From Callorhinchus milii (lineage: Eukaryota): 64,000 nucleotides of DNA. Each line of letters starts with the position of its first letter. Positions within the stretch are counted from its first letter, which is position 1. Location of the stretch: positions 102,426,001 through 102,490,000 of the forward strand of contig NW_024704743.1 in NCBI RefSeq assembly GCF_018977255.1, written 5' to 3'. The position numbers were made by a program, and so were the translations under genes. Shown here piece after piece: positions 13,129 to 24,473 of the stretch. A model generated the notes under the pieces. It was not told where the DNA came from. It ran no database searches and saw only the letters and a program-made list of their open reading frames with translations.

Positions 13129-13408
13129 ACTGTAAAGTGAATTGATTGTATATTTTGTGGGTGAAACACGGTAGCTAATTGCGTACAGCAGTGCCCTACA
13201 AACAGTTGTGGATTGAATGACCAATTTTTTAAAAAAAGAATTATATCCCCGGAAAAGCGATCCGCCAATTAACTAACAAACCGGTTCCTACTTACTGCTA
13301 GGTAAACTGAGGCATCTGGTGTAAGGAAACTTGCCCACCTTTCGCCCTGCTGGGAATCGACCCCAGGTCCTCTCGCTTGCAAGGCGAGTGCTTTAATCAC
13401 TGAGCTAT
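13129..13408 (-). mobile_element. Young tRNA-derived SINE (long variant), head and body
   Basis: The reverse complement reads tagctcagtgattaaagcactcgccttgcaagcgagaggacctggggtcgattcccagc...gggcaagtttccttacaccagatgcctcagtttacctagcagtaagtagg. Confidence 0.88.
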
Positions 13409-14098
13409 TGTCAGAGGAGTCTTGCAAGTCTGGCTATGATTAGTTGCACCTCATCCCACTTGTTGTACAATGCTATCGGGACTTTGTGCTGCTCACAGAA
13501 TTTTTTGCAAGTTACTGAACCAGGCCGAAGAAAACATGTAACTCCTTTTATTCCTTAACCAATTGCCTGCCCAAATTTCTCCCCCAAAATAGCTGAAAGA
13601 TTATCAGCTGCTGGTAGACAAAACAAGCTGGTTCATAAAGGATTTATAGGATTTTTGCATTGGAGTGACACACAATGCATCAGGTAATTTATAATAAACA
13701 AACAAATGTCTTTTAATCTGTTTGAGATGATAAAGGAGGATTTGGACTGTCAGCCCTTAGGAATTTTAAATGTTATTGTGAATAAGGTATCACAGCTTCT
13801 ACGCAGCTAGTATTTCTCAGACAGATGCAAAACATCACTACTTCCCGGTAGCTGCATTGATGATCAGAATCTGGGCTTCTATATCTGAATTTTTTTATCT
13901 CATTTGATGCAACTTAAAGACGACACAACACTTATTTTACGTTCATTATGTTGAATGGTTTGAAATTCCACCCAGGTCTAAATTTTCTCTATTTATATAA
14001 TACTAGCTGTACCCATTGCAGCTACACTTACAACCAAAGGATCCAATATGGAATGTAGATTAACACACAGACAGACACACAGACAGACATTTCATCTT

Positions 14099-14414
14099 GG
14101 AGTCCTGTAGCTCAGTGGTAAAAGCACTCGCCTCTCAAGCGAGAGACCTGGGTTTGATTCCCAGTAGGGCGAAACCTTGGGCAACTTTCCTTACTCCACA
14201 CACCTAATAATAATCACTTAAGAAAAAAAAAGTAATAAATTAGTCAATTCAATCCACGACTGTTTGTGGGACACTGCTGTCTGTAATTGACTGCTGTGTT
14301 TTGCCCACAAATATACAGTCAATTCACTTTACAGTATATCCTGTGAAGCGCTTTGAGAAGTCTAGAAGACATGAAACGTGCTGTATCAAATCCAAGGATT
14401 ATTATTATTATTAT
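14099..14414 (+). mobile_element. Young tRNA-derived SINE nested in the Helitron-like element
   Basis: ggagtcctgtagctcagtggtaaaagc (A box), gggtttgattccc (B box), a Deu-like body and a (tta)n tail. Confidence 0.9.
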
Positions 14415-14745
14415 CTTAATAATAATACAATAATTTTGGCCTGCTATTCTTTGATTTGGTAACGCATTTTGGCGCACTGTTGCGGCGTTGTTCTTTGTTC
14501 TTCAGTTTCATTTAATGGGTCTTCTCTCTTTTGTGTAGCATTCTTACTTATCCTTGAAAGGTTTGATTTTCACTCAGGTAACTTGTATAATTTATAATCA
14601 CTGGATGTCCTCCCGACGTGAAAGGCGCTTTAAAAATGTAATACACAAAAGTCTGTCCATGTCACTACCAGGTGCAAGATCTATCTGATGAGGTATAAAT
14701 CATGTCTCTATGTCAATTGGTTAATGAAATCCTTCTTGAAGCATT

Positions 14746-14832
<87 letters not shown>
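14746..14832. repeat. (GACA)n microsatellite, about 21 units, part of the Helitron-like element
   Basis: Perfect tetranucleotide array. Confidence 0.97.
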
Positions 14833-14833
<1 letters not shown>

Positions 14834-16586
14834 TTGTCGTTTTATTAGTATAGAAGAAGATAGATAGATTTCAGAATGTCTAGAATTTGGCAAATCCTTG
14901 AATAATGCCTTACATTTTTTCTGTAACTTTTCTGTAAGAACCACAGAAAGCTGACTTCAAAGTTAAGACTGAATTGAACAATTTGCCAAAAGCTGAATAT
15001 TCTGAAATGTTGCATAAATAGAATAAATCTAAACTCAGGTGGAATTTCTCCAATCTGTTGCTATCAATATGTTTTCCAGATTGTCTATTTTGTTGAGTAG
15101 TTTCAGTTCAGTGAGCCGTGTTAAAAAAATGGTTTTTTGCCAAGTAACTAGTGAAATGGTTCACTGGTTGGGTTCACTGGTAAGAGGAAATATTTTTGGC
15201 AGGGCTCCCAATGATTCTCTGTGGTGGTGGAGATATGGTTCTAGCTCCCCAAGTATTCACTAATCTGTTGGCATGTACTGGAGTTTCATTAGCATATTCC
15301 TTGGTCTCTCTTTGAAACATGTTAGTGTTAACCTTTTTAATCTGCACTTTAGTCCTATCTAGTGTGCCCTTGGCATATAAATGATTTCTAAATAAGCTTA
15401 ATTTAATTCACAATTTATGTGAATGCCATCATTTGTCAAATAACATAGAAGCTAGAAGTCTAAGAGCATGAACTCTAATTGCTAACTCTAAAGAATTGGA
15501 TGCAAGTTCAATAAAATCACCCCACAAAATAAAAAAAGGATCTATCTTTAATCAATTAAATGCATAGGAAATAATTGATAATTGAGTCTGGTTCTAAACA
15601 TAAACTAGTTTGCTATGTCAATATCATAATTATTATAATTATTTTCTTAATATTTCAGGGTGCACAGATTTTGCCAAATTCTTCATTTGAGAGCCCTTTC
15701 TTCCCTGTATTTCTTAAAAGAACCTTCAGAAAAATAGCCTCATATTTAAGACTGAGTTCAAGAATTTTCCAAAATGTTCACGTTATGAAAGGTTAAGCAA
15801 ATAGTCCAAGTTTAGAAATAGGTAGATTTCCTAGCCCCCAGATAATTATTAAGAAGGTCACCTCATGTCCTCTCTGCTCCTTCTTGTTAGCTAGTGGCAT
15901 CATCCAGCAGATGCCTTAAATAGATCTGCTGCCTTGCTAGCACAATCTCCAGTAGCTGTATCCTGAGGCTCAAGTGTGCCTTACATGCTTGCTGGACAGT
16001 CCCATTGACAGATCAAACATTCTCCATTATGCACACAGCTGGAAGTATGATTGGGTGTGCTTTCATTTGTGAAGAAGCGTATTACTGGAACTACCTTTCA
16101 AGTCATTTATAATGGACATCCTTAAGGTGGAAGCCCCTGCACTATCCTATCTGAAACAATGCATCAACTTTTTCCTCACAGCAAATCCCTTAGCTGTACC
16201 TACTAGCACTGAATGTTATGGGCAATTCTCCTGTTTCCTCTTCATAGTCAGGCATTATAGAACCCTACTCGTGCTCTTCCACCAGTGAGTCACACTCTTC
16301 TTTCTTATTCAGAACCTTTTTTAAAAATGACAAATACCGAACAGCTGAATAATAGAACATTCAATATTTAAACATAATTGTAATAACAGATATGCCTTGC
16401 AAACTATGTTTACAAAATGGGTCTTGTTTAATGAATATATATTTGTGCAAATAACACAATGCATCTGAGTAACTTACTTTTTTTTACAAAGTTACAAATA
16501 TCTTGTCTCTTCCAAGCAAAGATATATTAATCCTTGCATTTGATATAGCGCTTTTCACGTCGGGAGGACGTCCCAAACCAAAGATC

Positions 16587-16918
16587 GAGTCCTGTAGCTC
16601 AGTGGTTAGAGCACTCGCTTTGCAAGTGAGAGACCTGAGTTCAATTCCAGGCAGGGCGAAACCTTGGGCAAGTTTCCTTACTCCACACGCCTAATAATAA
16701 TCCCTTCAAAAACCAAAAACAATAATTAATTGGTCATTTTCAATCTCCGACTGTTTGTGGGACATTGCTGTGCGCAATTGGCTGCCGCGTTCGCCCACAA
16801 ATATACAGTCAATTCACTTTGCAGTATGTTCTGTGAAGCGCTTTGGGACGTCCTCCCGACGTGAAAAGCGCTATATCAAATGCAAGGATTATTATTATTA
16901 TATTATTATTATTATATT
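16587..16918 (+). mobile_element. Full-length young tRNA(Ala-like)-derived SINE
   Basis: gagtcctgtagctcagtggttagagcactcgctttgcaagtgagagacctgagttcaattcc head, a ccttgggcaagtttcc CORE-like segment, a ctgtttgtgggacattgctgtgcgcaattggctgccgcg Deu-like segment, an L2-type tail and (tta)n. Confidence 0.92.
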
Positions 16919-18381
16919 CTTACAGTGTATTAAATATAGCCAGGGATAAAATAAAGGTAAATGTACAACAGGATTCAGTAAATGGTGAAATCTGATGGTA
17001 AATGAATATGCATTACGACGACCCATGGGAACTCTGCTCTGATGAGATCTCTTTCCAGCCATTTTGGGAACTAATGTTCATGGGTTGATGGGTCCCACAA
17101 GTGTTTGCCGTTGGGATTCATTAATAATGAATATTGTTCAACTATCACATTTTTTCAAACACAGACTTTCCACTAAGTCGCTAGGCTGTATTAGGTGGAG
17201 AGTAAAGATTTTTTAAAATCCTTTTGTGGCATGGACATGAAGGACTGAATGGCCCCCTTCTGTGTGGAATAATTCAATGCTTCTATGTTCCCTCTATCTT
17301 AACAATTTGGTTCAACCACAATCTCAGAAGCAGGAAAGTTAATGGAGCCATATTTTAATTACTTCTCACTTAATGTGCTTCCTTAGTATCAATCAATATC
17401 AATCAGTGCCAGATTAAAGGTACTTTAGTATCCATGTTTCTTACACTGCCATCAACAGTAAAAACTTGCATTTATATCGTGCTCTTCATGTAGAATAACA
17501 TCTTAGAGCAAGTCACACTGACTGGATCTGATGCTGAGCAAGGGAGAGGGGGAAGAGAGAGGTCCAAGAGGTACATTTTAAAGCAGGTTTTGAAGACAGT
17601 TAGAGTGAGGACATTGTAGCGAGTTAGAGAGAGAGAGCAAGGTGGCAGGTAGAAAGAGAACAAGGTGGTGGGGATAACTGCAGAGCTCATGGCATAGTAA
17701 CTGAAGGATTAGCCTCCTATGGTGGAAAGGACAAGCTTTTAGCCCTAGTTAACTAATTAGAGGAGTTAAACGACTAGGTGAAACTTCTGCAAGCTCCCTC
17801 TTATCTTAAAAAGCAACAAGGCTTGTAGATGTGATAAATTCGACACATAATATGATGTGCTGGTTATCACTCTTGTGGCAAATTGGCTGCTGTGTTTGTC
17901 CATGATAAATCAATTGGAATAAGTCTGCGTAATACTCTTTTTATGTGGGTTTAGGTAATCACAAAGTCACAAGAGAAGTTTGAATGAAGGAGGCCCTTTG
18001 GCTCATTTGATCTCATCCTTCCAGAATACCCACCCGATGTATCCCATAACAAGATCAAGCTATTGTATTAAATGTGTCCAGTGTCTTGGTTTTAACTACT
18101 CTTTATATTCCTGTCATTAATTACTCTCTCAGTAAAGGAATGCTTCCTGGTGTCTGTTCTAAAATTTCCATTTTGCAACCTTCAACCTATGCCCTCTTGT
18201 TCTGCTGTCTCAGTGCCTCCAAAAATATTGTCCTGCTGTGAGTATTTCATAATAATTTGTATAAGTTCTTTCCTCTTGACATTATGAAGGAAGTTTCTAC
18301 ATTTGGAAATAGTTTCAAACAAAAAGGCAGTAACAATGTAAGGTTCTGAATAAGTGCAAATTGTTGTGATTAAATTGAAGT

Positions 18382-18698
18382 GGAATCCTGTAGCTCAGTG
18401 GTTAGAGCACTCGCTTTGCAAGTGAGAGACCTGAGTTCAATTCCAGGCAGGGCGAAACCTTGGGCAAGTTTCCTTACTCCACACGCCTAATAATAATCCC
18501 TCCAAAAAAACAAAAAACAATAATTAAATTGGTCATTTTCAATCTACGACTGTTTGTGGGACATTGCTGTGCGCAATTGGCTGCCGCGTTCGCCCACAAA
18601 TATACAGTCAATTCACTTTACAGTGTGTTCTGTGAAGCGTTTTGGGACGTCCTCCCGACGTGAAAAGCGCTATATCAAATGCAAGGATTATTATTATT
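18382..18698 (+). mobile_element. Full-length young SINE, near-identical to 16587-16918
   Basis: Same head, body and tail, including shared diagnostic substitutions. Confidence 0.92.
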
Positions 18699-19409
18699 AA
18701 GTGGCACATTGGACTGGTTTATATTGTTTTCAAAGCTACAAAGTCAAACCCACAATCAGAAAGTTATCTTGCTGGTTTATTGGTTTATTTATTTCATTTT
18801 TAATGCAGTTGGAAATATTTCCAGGGCACGTTGCCTACAATCCTCCCGAAATTTTTATTGATATCAATCTTTCCCTCTGATTCAGTTACCTGGAAAAATA
18901 GTTCCCCTATGTAATAGCTTTCTTGTGTAATACGGTATTTAGTTGATATGAAAAATATTGATAGCTGGCTTTGCTATAATGCTATTATGCTTATTAGTGT
19001 CAATATATAGGAGGATTTATTAACATTTTTTCATACAGCTTCTCAAATCTAACATCAGTGATTAGAGGTAAAGGAACAAATGTGTACCTCCACCATTAGT
19101 ATTTCACTAAATGAACACAGCACAAGCAGAGCCCCAAATGATGATGTTGTTGTAAACAGTTCACAAGAAACAAAGTCTCACTGAACATTTCAGCCACATT
19201 TAGAAGCAAATTTTGAACCCACATAGTTTAGGCTGACACTCTTTTGTAGTGCTAAAGGTACGTTACATTGTTGGAAGTGCCATGCTTCTGAGAAGCTGTT
19301 AAACTGAAATTCTGTCTGTCTGAGCAGTTGGATGTAAAAGATCCATGACACTATTCAAAAAGATGGGGTTTCTCAGGGTGTACTGTACAATGCAACATAA
19401 AATTACATT

Positions 19410-20055
19410 TGTACACATGAACGTTGACCACATGTCCGTGGATGATGTCACCAAGAGGGAACATATGGATATTGAAGAGAATGGGACCAAGGACAGAGTC
19501 CTAACGCCACACAAGAGGAGAAGCCGTAGACGAATTGGAGCTGGTGTGAGAGATGGGATCTGAACCACTCAAGGACAGAACCATGAAGATTGCTGTGAGA
19601 GGAGAGGTGGTGGAGGAGGATAGAGTGGTCAACGGAATCGAAGACAGCAGAACAGTCAAGAAGGATGAGGAGGCAGATGGAACCCTGGTCACAGATGGAC
19701 AAAATGTCATTTGTCACTTTGACGAAAGCTGTTTCTGTGCTGTGGGTGCCACAGAAACCCGATTGGAAGGGTTCATGAGGGGAGTGGCGTGAGAGGAAGG
19801 AGCAAAGCTGGGAAGCAATGATTCATTCCAGGACCTTGCAAAGGAAAGAAGGGTTGGAGATGGGGCAGTAATTTGAGAACAGGTATGGGTATTTTAAGGA
19901 TAGGGGTGATGACAGCTGTTTTTAAAGGGATGGGAACGGTGCCAGAGGACAGGGAGAGGTTTATGATGTCTGTGAGTAGGGGGGCAAGGAGGTGGAGCTT
20001 GGAGGTAAGGAGTGGAGTAGGGATGGGGTTGAGGGAGCAGGTGGTCAATTTCATG
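19410..20055 (-). mobile_element. Decayed L2 RT-domain fragment
   Basis: Minus frames read TTCSLNPIPTPLL...TDIINLSLSSGTVPIPLKTAVITPILK and VTNDILSICDQGSICLLILLDCSAVFDSVDHSILL...VLEWFRSHLS. Confidence 0.9.
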
Positions 20056-20396
20056 TGGGTCCAACAATCCCCCAGAGAAAAAAAATATCATTCACTTTAT
20101 GGCTGTTGTGCACAAATTGGCTGATGTGTTCTCCTACAAAAATATAGTCACTACACTCTACAGTAAATCCTGTGATTCTCTTTGAGATGTCCAATCTACC
20201 TATATTTCTCAGTAACCCAATGAACCTCTCTGTAAGATATTTACATGTATCTTTAGTTGGTTAGCTGGAAAGCTAGATTAATATCAGGGTCTAATTTCCA
20301 GTATTTCTTATTAGCTTGCTGCTGTCATTGAACTTGGCTGTGCACTTATGAAACAGCTGTGTTCCTGTGCTAGTTTCTGGAATCCTACCCAATTCA

Positions 20397-20668
20397 ACAA
20401 CAACAACAACAACAAGATTCCATTTATTGAGCGCCTTTCACGTCGGAAGGACGTCCCAAGGTGCTGTACAGATGGGTCAGGACCCGAGCAAGGGGGAAAT
20501 GGTCAGGGTGAGGGGAGGGAAGGGAGGCAGCGAGGAGGGGGTAGAGAGTCGAGAGGGGAGCTGAAGGCACGGTCAAAGAGAAAGGTCTTGAGACTGGCCT
20601 TGAAGGAGGAAAGGGAGAAAGCAAGGCGAAGTCACTGGGGGATAGAGTTCCAGAGCCTCAGGGCTGAA
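20397..20668 (-). mobile_element. Young L2 3' end
   Basis: (aac)n-aagattccatttattgagcgcctttcacgtcggaaggacgtccc..., near-identical to the 12685 copy. Confidence 0.92.
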
Positions 20669-23600
20669 TTCATCTTTAAAGGTTGAGTTCAACTGGCATT
20701 TCATGGGCTGGTCTGAAAAGAAACAACTTGAGAAATGACAGGTTGAAAAGCACCATTAACTGTTCTCAATGGTGTCCTCCAGAGCCAGACCATTTTCACA
20801 AAGTCGGGGGTGTGGGTGTGTGGATAGGTGGGTGGTTAGATATTGAGTGGAATGTTTGATGTGACACTATCACATCAAATGTTGCATTTTTCACCCTAAA
20901 ACATTTGATTTCAAGAAACTGAATAATCAGTTTTAAACACCAGTGGTGATTTTAAACAATTATAATGATAATGTTAAGCCAAAAGTAATTTGGCAACACC
21001 ATAATACTTTTTAAAAAGCCTGATGTTACTTATCGTCATAATGCAGAACTGTATTTTAAGCTAGTCTTCATTTATTTCACATATATCACCATAGAGGTCT
21101 GGTATTATGGATATTACTGGCCAGAATCATTAAAATGTACTGTCTGTACAAATTAATGTTGAAGTAATAAACCAAAACAACTTCAATGGAATAGTCACAA
21201 AAAAGTTATTGAATTTGATCTATTTGATCCAGAAGTAACTATGATCAATGATACCATTAGCCACTTGAATTTGCATCACAAGCAAAAGCAACGTCTGTCT
21301 TTTCTGATGAAGATGCAGTGAAATGCATTGTAACAGAAAAAGCAGGAAAAAAAGTTTAGTTTTATTTTTTATTACTCATTTTCTGTAGTTACAAAAACTT
21401 ACGAATAAGCATTTGCTGCATTTTATAATAAAGAAGGTGGATCTGTGATAAATTACAGGGAGGATTTTCCACCACTTAACTTTCTAAATGGGCAGAAATG
21501 ATAAATTGGCCACCATGATATATGGAAATGAGGTCTCACCCTTATTTGAACATACGTTACAGTGAAGAAATAGACAAGACTGCATTTTCTTGACTTATCT
21601 GCTGAAACCTGATGACAAAGGTCATCCATGCAAAATAAGCATATCCATTTCATTGAAATGAAAAAAGCCAGGTAACAAATTCAGTACATTTGAGTCAGAA
21701 GGCCATTGGAATCGGCAAGCACACCTTGTGGATTCTTTTCAAAATGTTTCACAGATCAATGCTTTCTGAAGTCACAGTAAAGTGGCAATATTTTCACTTG
21801 ACACAGAAAATTGCAAGCATTTTCAATTACATACTCTGGGCACTGGCCTTTCTAACAGTTTTGCAAACTGGGCTTGTTTGCATTCTATCCTTTTAGAAAC
21901 ACGTGTTAAGCCTAGCAAATCGAATTTGGTACATATTGTTACTTGGAAGATCAGACACATTTTTAAGCATGTAATTACCCAGTATACGTCTTCCTACCAT
22001 TATCCCCCTCCAAAGTTATTGAACTGTCTATCCAACTGGTCATATGTTTCTATAACCTTGTGTTATAATCATTTTTAGGCATAATACAATACTTCTGTAA
22101 CTGGGAGTCAAACCTGGGCTGCAGCAGTGACTGTTTCTAATGCCCATGAAATTAGAATCTACAGAGTTATTGCCTGAGCAGCTGAGCTTATCTGATAATC
22201 ATATCACTTGTAAAGCCAATGTGACATTACATGATAAGAAGAGATGTGTTGTTGAAGAAAGCCCTTCAGCCAATGTTGCCCCATCCTTCTACAATACCAA
22301 CCATATCTTCACATGACATCAAGTTTTTTCTTAAATGGACCCAGTCTCCTGGACTCTATCATCCTTCCTTTTAAGACATGAAACTCGAAGTGATGAGTCT
22401 TAAGCAACAACAACAACAAATTACACTTGTATAGCTCCCTTCACATTGGAAAGATTTCCCAGGGCGCTTGACAGCCAAAGGCTTGGACCTGAGCTGGGAG
22501 TTGGGTTTTGGAGGGGTGGAGGGCAGGGGTGGGTAGGGGTGGGAGTTTGGCCAAAGGCATGGTCGAGGAGGAAGGTCTTTAGCATTATTTAGTGCTTAGT
22601 TTAGAAGCAATAGTGTTCCCTGGTGGTCTAATACAATACAATACAAAATTACATTTGCATAGCGCCTTTCACATCGGGAGGGCGGAATCCCAATGAATAG
22701 GATTCAGCGCTCTCATTGCCATTGCCCAGGTGTGACTCCCAGTCAGAGAAGCATTGTGTCATATCAAAGAATATCTGTCCAAATCGCTCTTTAACTATCA
22801 ACTTGTTTCGGGTGTGAAGACTCCATTCCACTCCCCCAACCTCCCACTTCAACTCCAATAGTTTGCAAGAAATCGGCTTAACTCCAATAGCTATTAAGAT
22901 GGGCTCTAATCTCAGTGGGATCCCTTTTGACTCATGCAACTCAGCTTTGGAAAATAGATCCTGTAGGAGTTGAGTTTTCACGGAGCAGGGTGATGTACTT
23001 CCGAGCACCAAATCTCCATTTGCGTCATTCAGATGAAGGAATCCTCTTAAGAAATATCAGGTTGAAAGTTTCAACTTGTGATATGCTCATCAACATTAGT
23101 TAACCTTTAGTTTTTGTCTTATTAAATTAAGACAGTATTTTACTGATGTACACTTCAATTCTGCTGCATTCTGTGAGTTGGGAAATCTAATGACTGCCTG
23201 ACACTAGCTTCCAGTCAGACCAATGTAGCAGAATCGTTGATGGAATGTGATGATTATCACCAGTGATAATTAGCACCTCTCACATTGCACTTCCCACTCC
23301 TATGAGAGATAACATCCAGAAAATGTCTGATTATAAACTTTAGAAGACTTGTAGCACAGTTAAGGCTCAAGAGCTGGAGATAATTGATGAGATGGATTCC
23401 AAATTAATTGACAGTTTAACAGATAATTATTCATTTTAAGAACAAAGGAACAGAAACTCGTAATTCAGCCTGTTTCACTATTAGTTAGCCAAAGATTTTC
23501 GAATATTTTCTTCATATGTTTTAATGCCCTTATTTTCCAAGTATCTACCTGTGGACCAATGGTGTTAGTTTCTGCACTCAAGATAATGGAGCTTCTTACC

Positions 23601-23939
23601 TCACTGAGTCTTTCCTTTCTTCCACACTCAAATACACAGTCATTACATTTTGCAATACATCTTGTAAAGTGCTTTGAGACATTGCAATGACATGATAAGG
23701 CTTTGTATCAAATATAAGGACTATTATTATTTCTCCATTTATTGTATCCTTTCTCCCACTTTATCAGCCTTGCGAATATCTTCCAACTGTGCACTTTCCT
23801 CTCACTGATATTTTATAATTTAAAGCATAGCATTGGCAGCAACCCAGTTTGTATTTTGTTGCTCCCAGAGAATGATCCCACTTTATTATGATTGCATTAC
23901 CTGCAAAGAAAAATGGAAATGACATCTTGTATCACTGAA

Positions 23940-24473
23940 TAATCATTGCATTTGATATATTGCCTTATCACTTCATTGAAGTGTCTTAAAGCCTTAGTGC
24001 AAAACGTAGTGATGAGGTATTTATCAGTGAACTGCAATGACCCTCAAACAACCATGAAGTGAAAGACATTGGAATAAACTCACTGCTCTTTTCAAATAGC
24101 GCTATGATATCTTTAATGTCCATCTGATCAGGCAGACAACTCATTCCATGGATGGACAATGCAGGCATTCCACCAGCATTGTTCCGGAATATCAGTTTAA
24201 ACTGTGTCATGATGTGGGGCTTGAACTAACAACCTCTGGAGGCAAGAGTGAAAGTATATGTTGGTATCTCCAAAAGAAAGAAAATACCATAATAGCACCC
24301 AAGCTCCTCAATCCACGACTGTTTGTGGGACACTGCGGTGCACAATTTGTTGCCATGTTTCACCTACAAAATATACAGTCAATTTACTTTACAATATATT
24401 CTGTGAAGCGCTTTGAGACGTCTTGAAGATGCAATAAAGCGCTATGTCAAATGCAAGGATTATTATTATTATA
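23940..24473. mobile_element. Old DeuSINE-like copy (minus, ~23940-24255) next to a young SINE 3' half (plus, ~24300-24473)
   Basis: tgcatttgatata...gatctttaatgtccatctga...cttgaactaacaacctctg, then tcaatccacgactgtttgtgggacactgc...aaatgcaagga(tta)n. Confidence 0.7.

Larger units (their letters stand above)
14003..14868 (-). mobile_element. Non-autonomous Helitron-like element carrying a (GTCT)n microsatellite, copy A
   Basis: The minus strand begins TC (TCTATCTATCTTCTTCTATACTAATAAAACGACAATGTCTGTC...) and ends ...GTGTAGCTGCAATGGGTACAGCTAG. It sits between A and T with no TSD, and both ends are homologous to 50794-51394. Confidence 0.8.
13960..15052. mobile_element. Palindromic MITE-like copy split by the Helitron-like insertion
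   Basis: The left arm gaaattccacccaggtctaaattttctctatttatataata (to 14002) continues at 14869 as tttcagaatgtctagaatttggcaaat. The right arm ends taaatctaaactcaggtggaatttctcc. Confidence 0.8.

Noticed and set aside
14708..14944. ORFs with SVCL repeats (also 50744-50935)
   Set aside because: Translation of the (GTCT)n microsatellite.
16587..16660. tRNA-Ala(TGC) genes
   Set aside because: A/B boxes and an anticodon arm are present, but there is no proper acceptor stem and each is followed by a SINE body. They are SINE heads.
22500..22545. G-quadruplex-like G-run cluster
   Set aside because: It is the antisense of the C-rich 3' UTR of an L2 tail fragment (~22405-22580) and is explained by the repeat.
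23025..23065. Penelope terminal-repeat/hammerhead motif (cagatgaaggaatcctcttaagaaatatc)
   Set aside because: The core is too degenerate to distinguish from chance.
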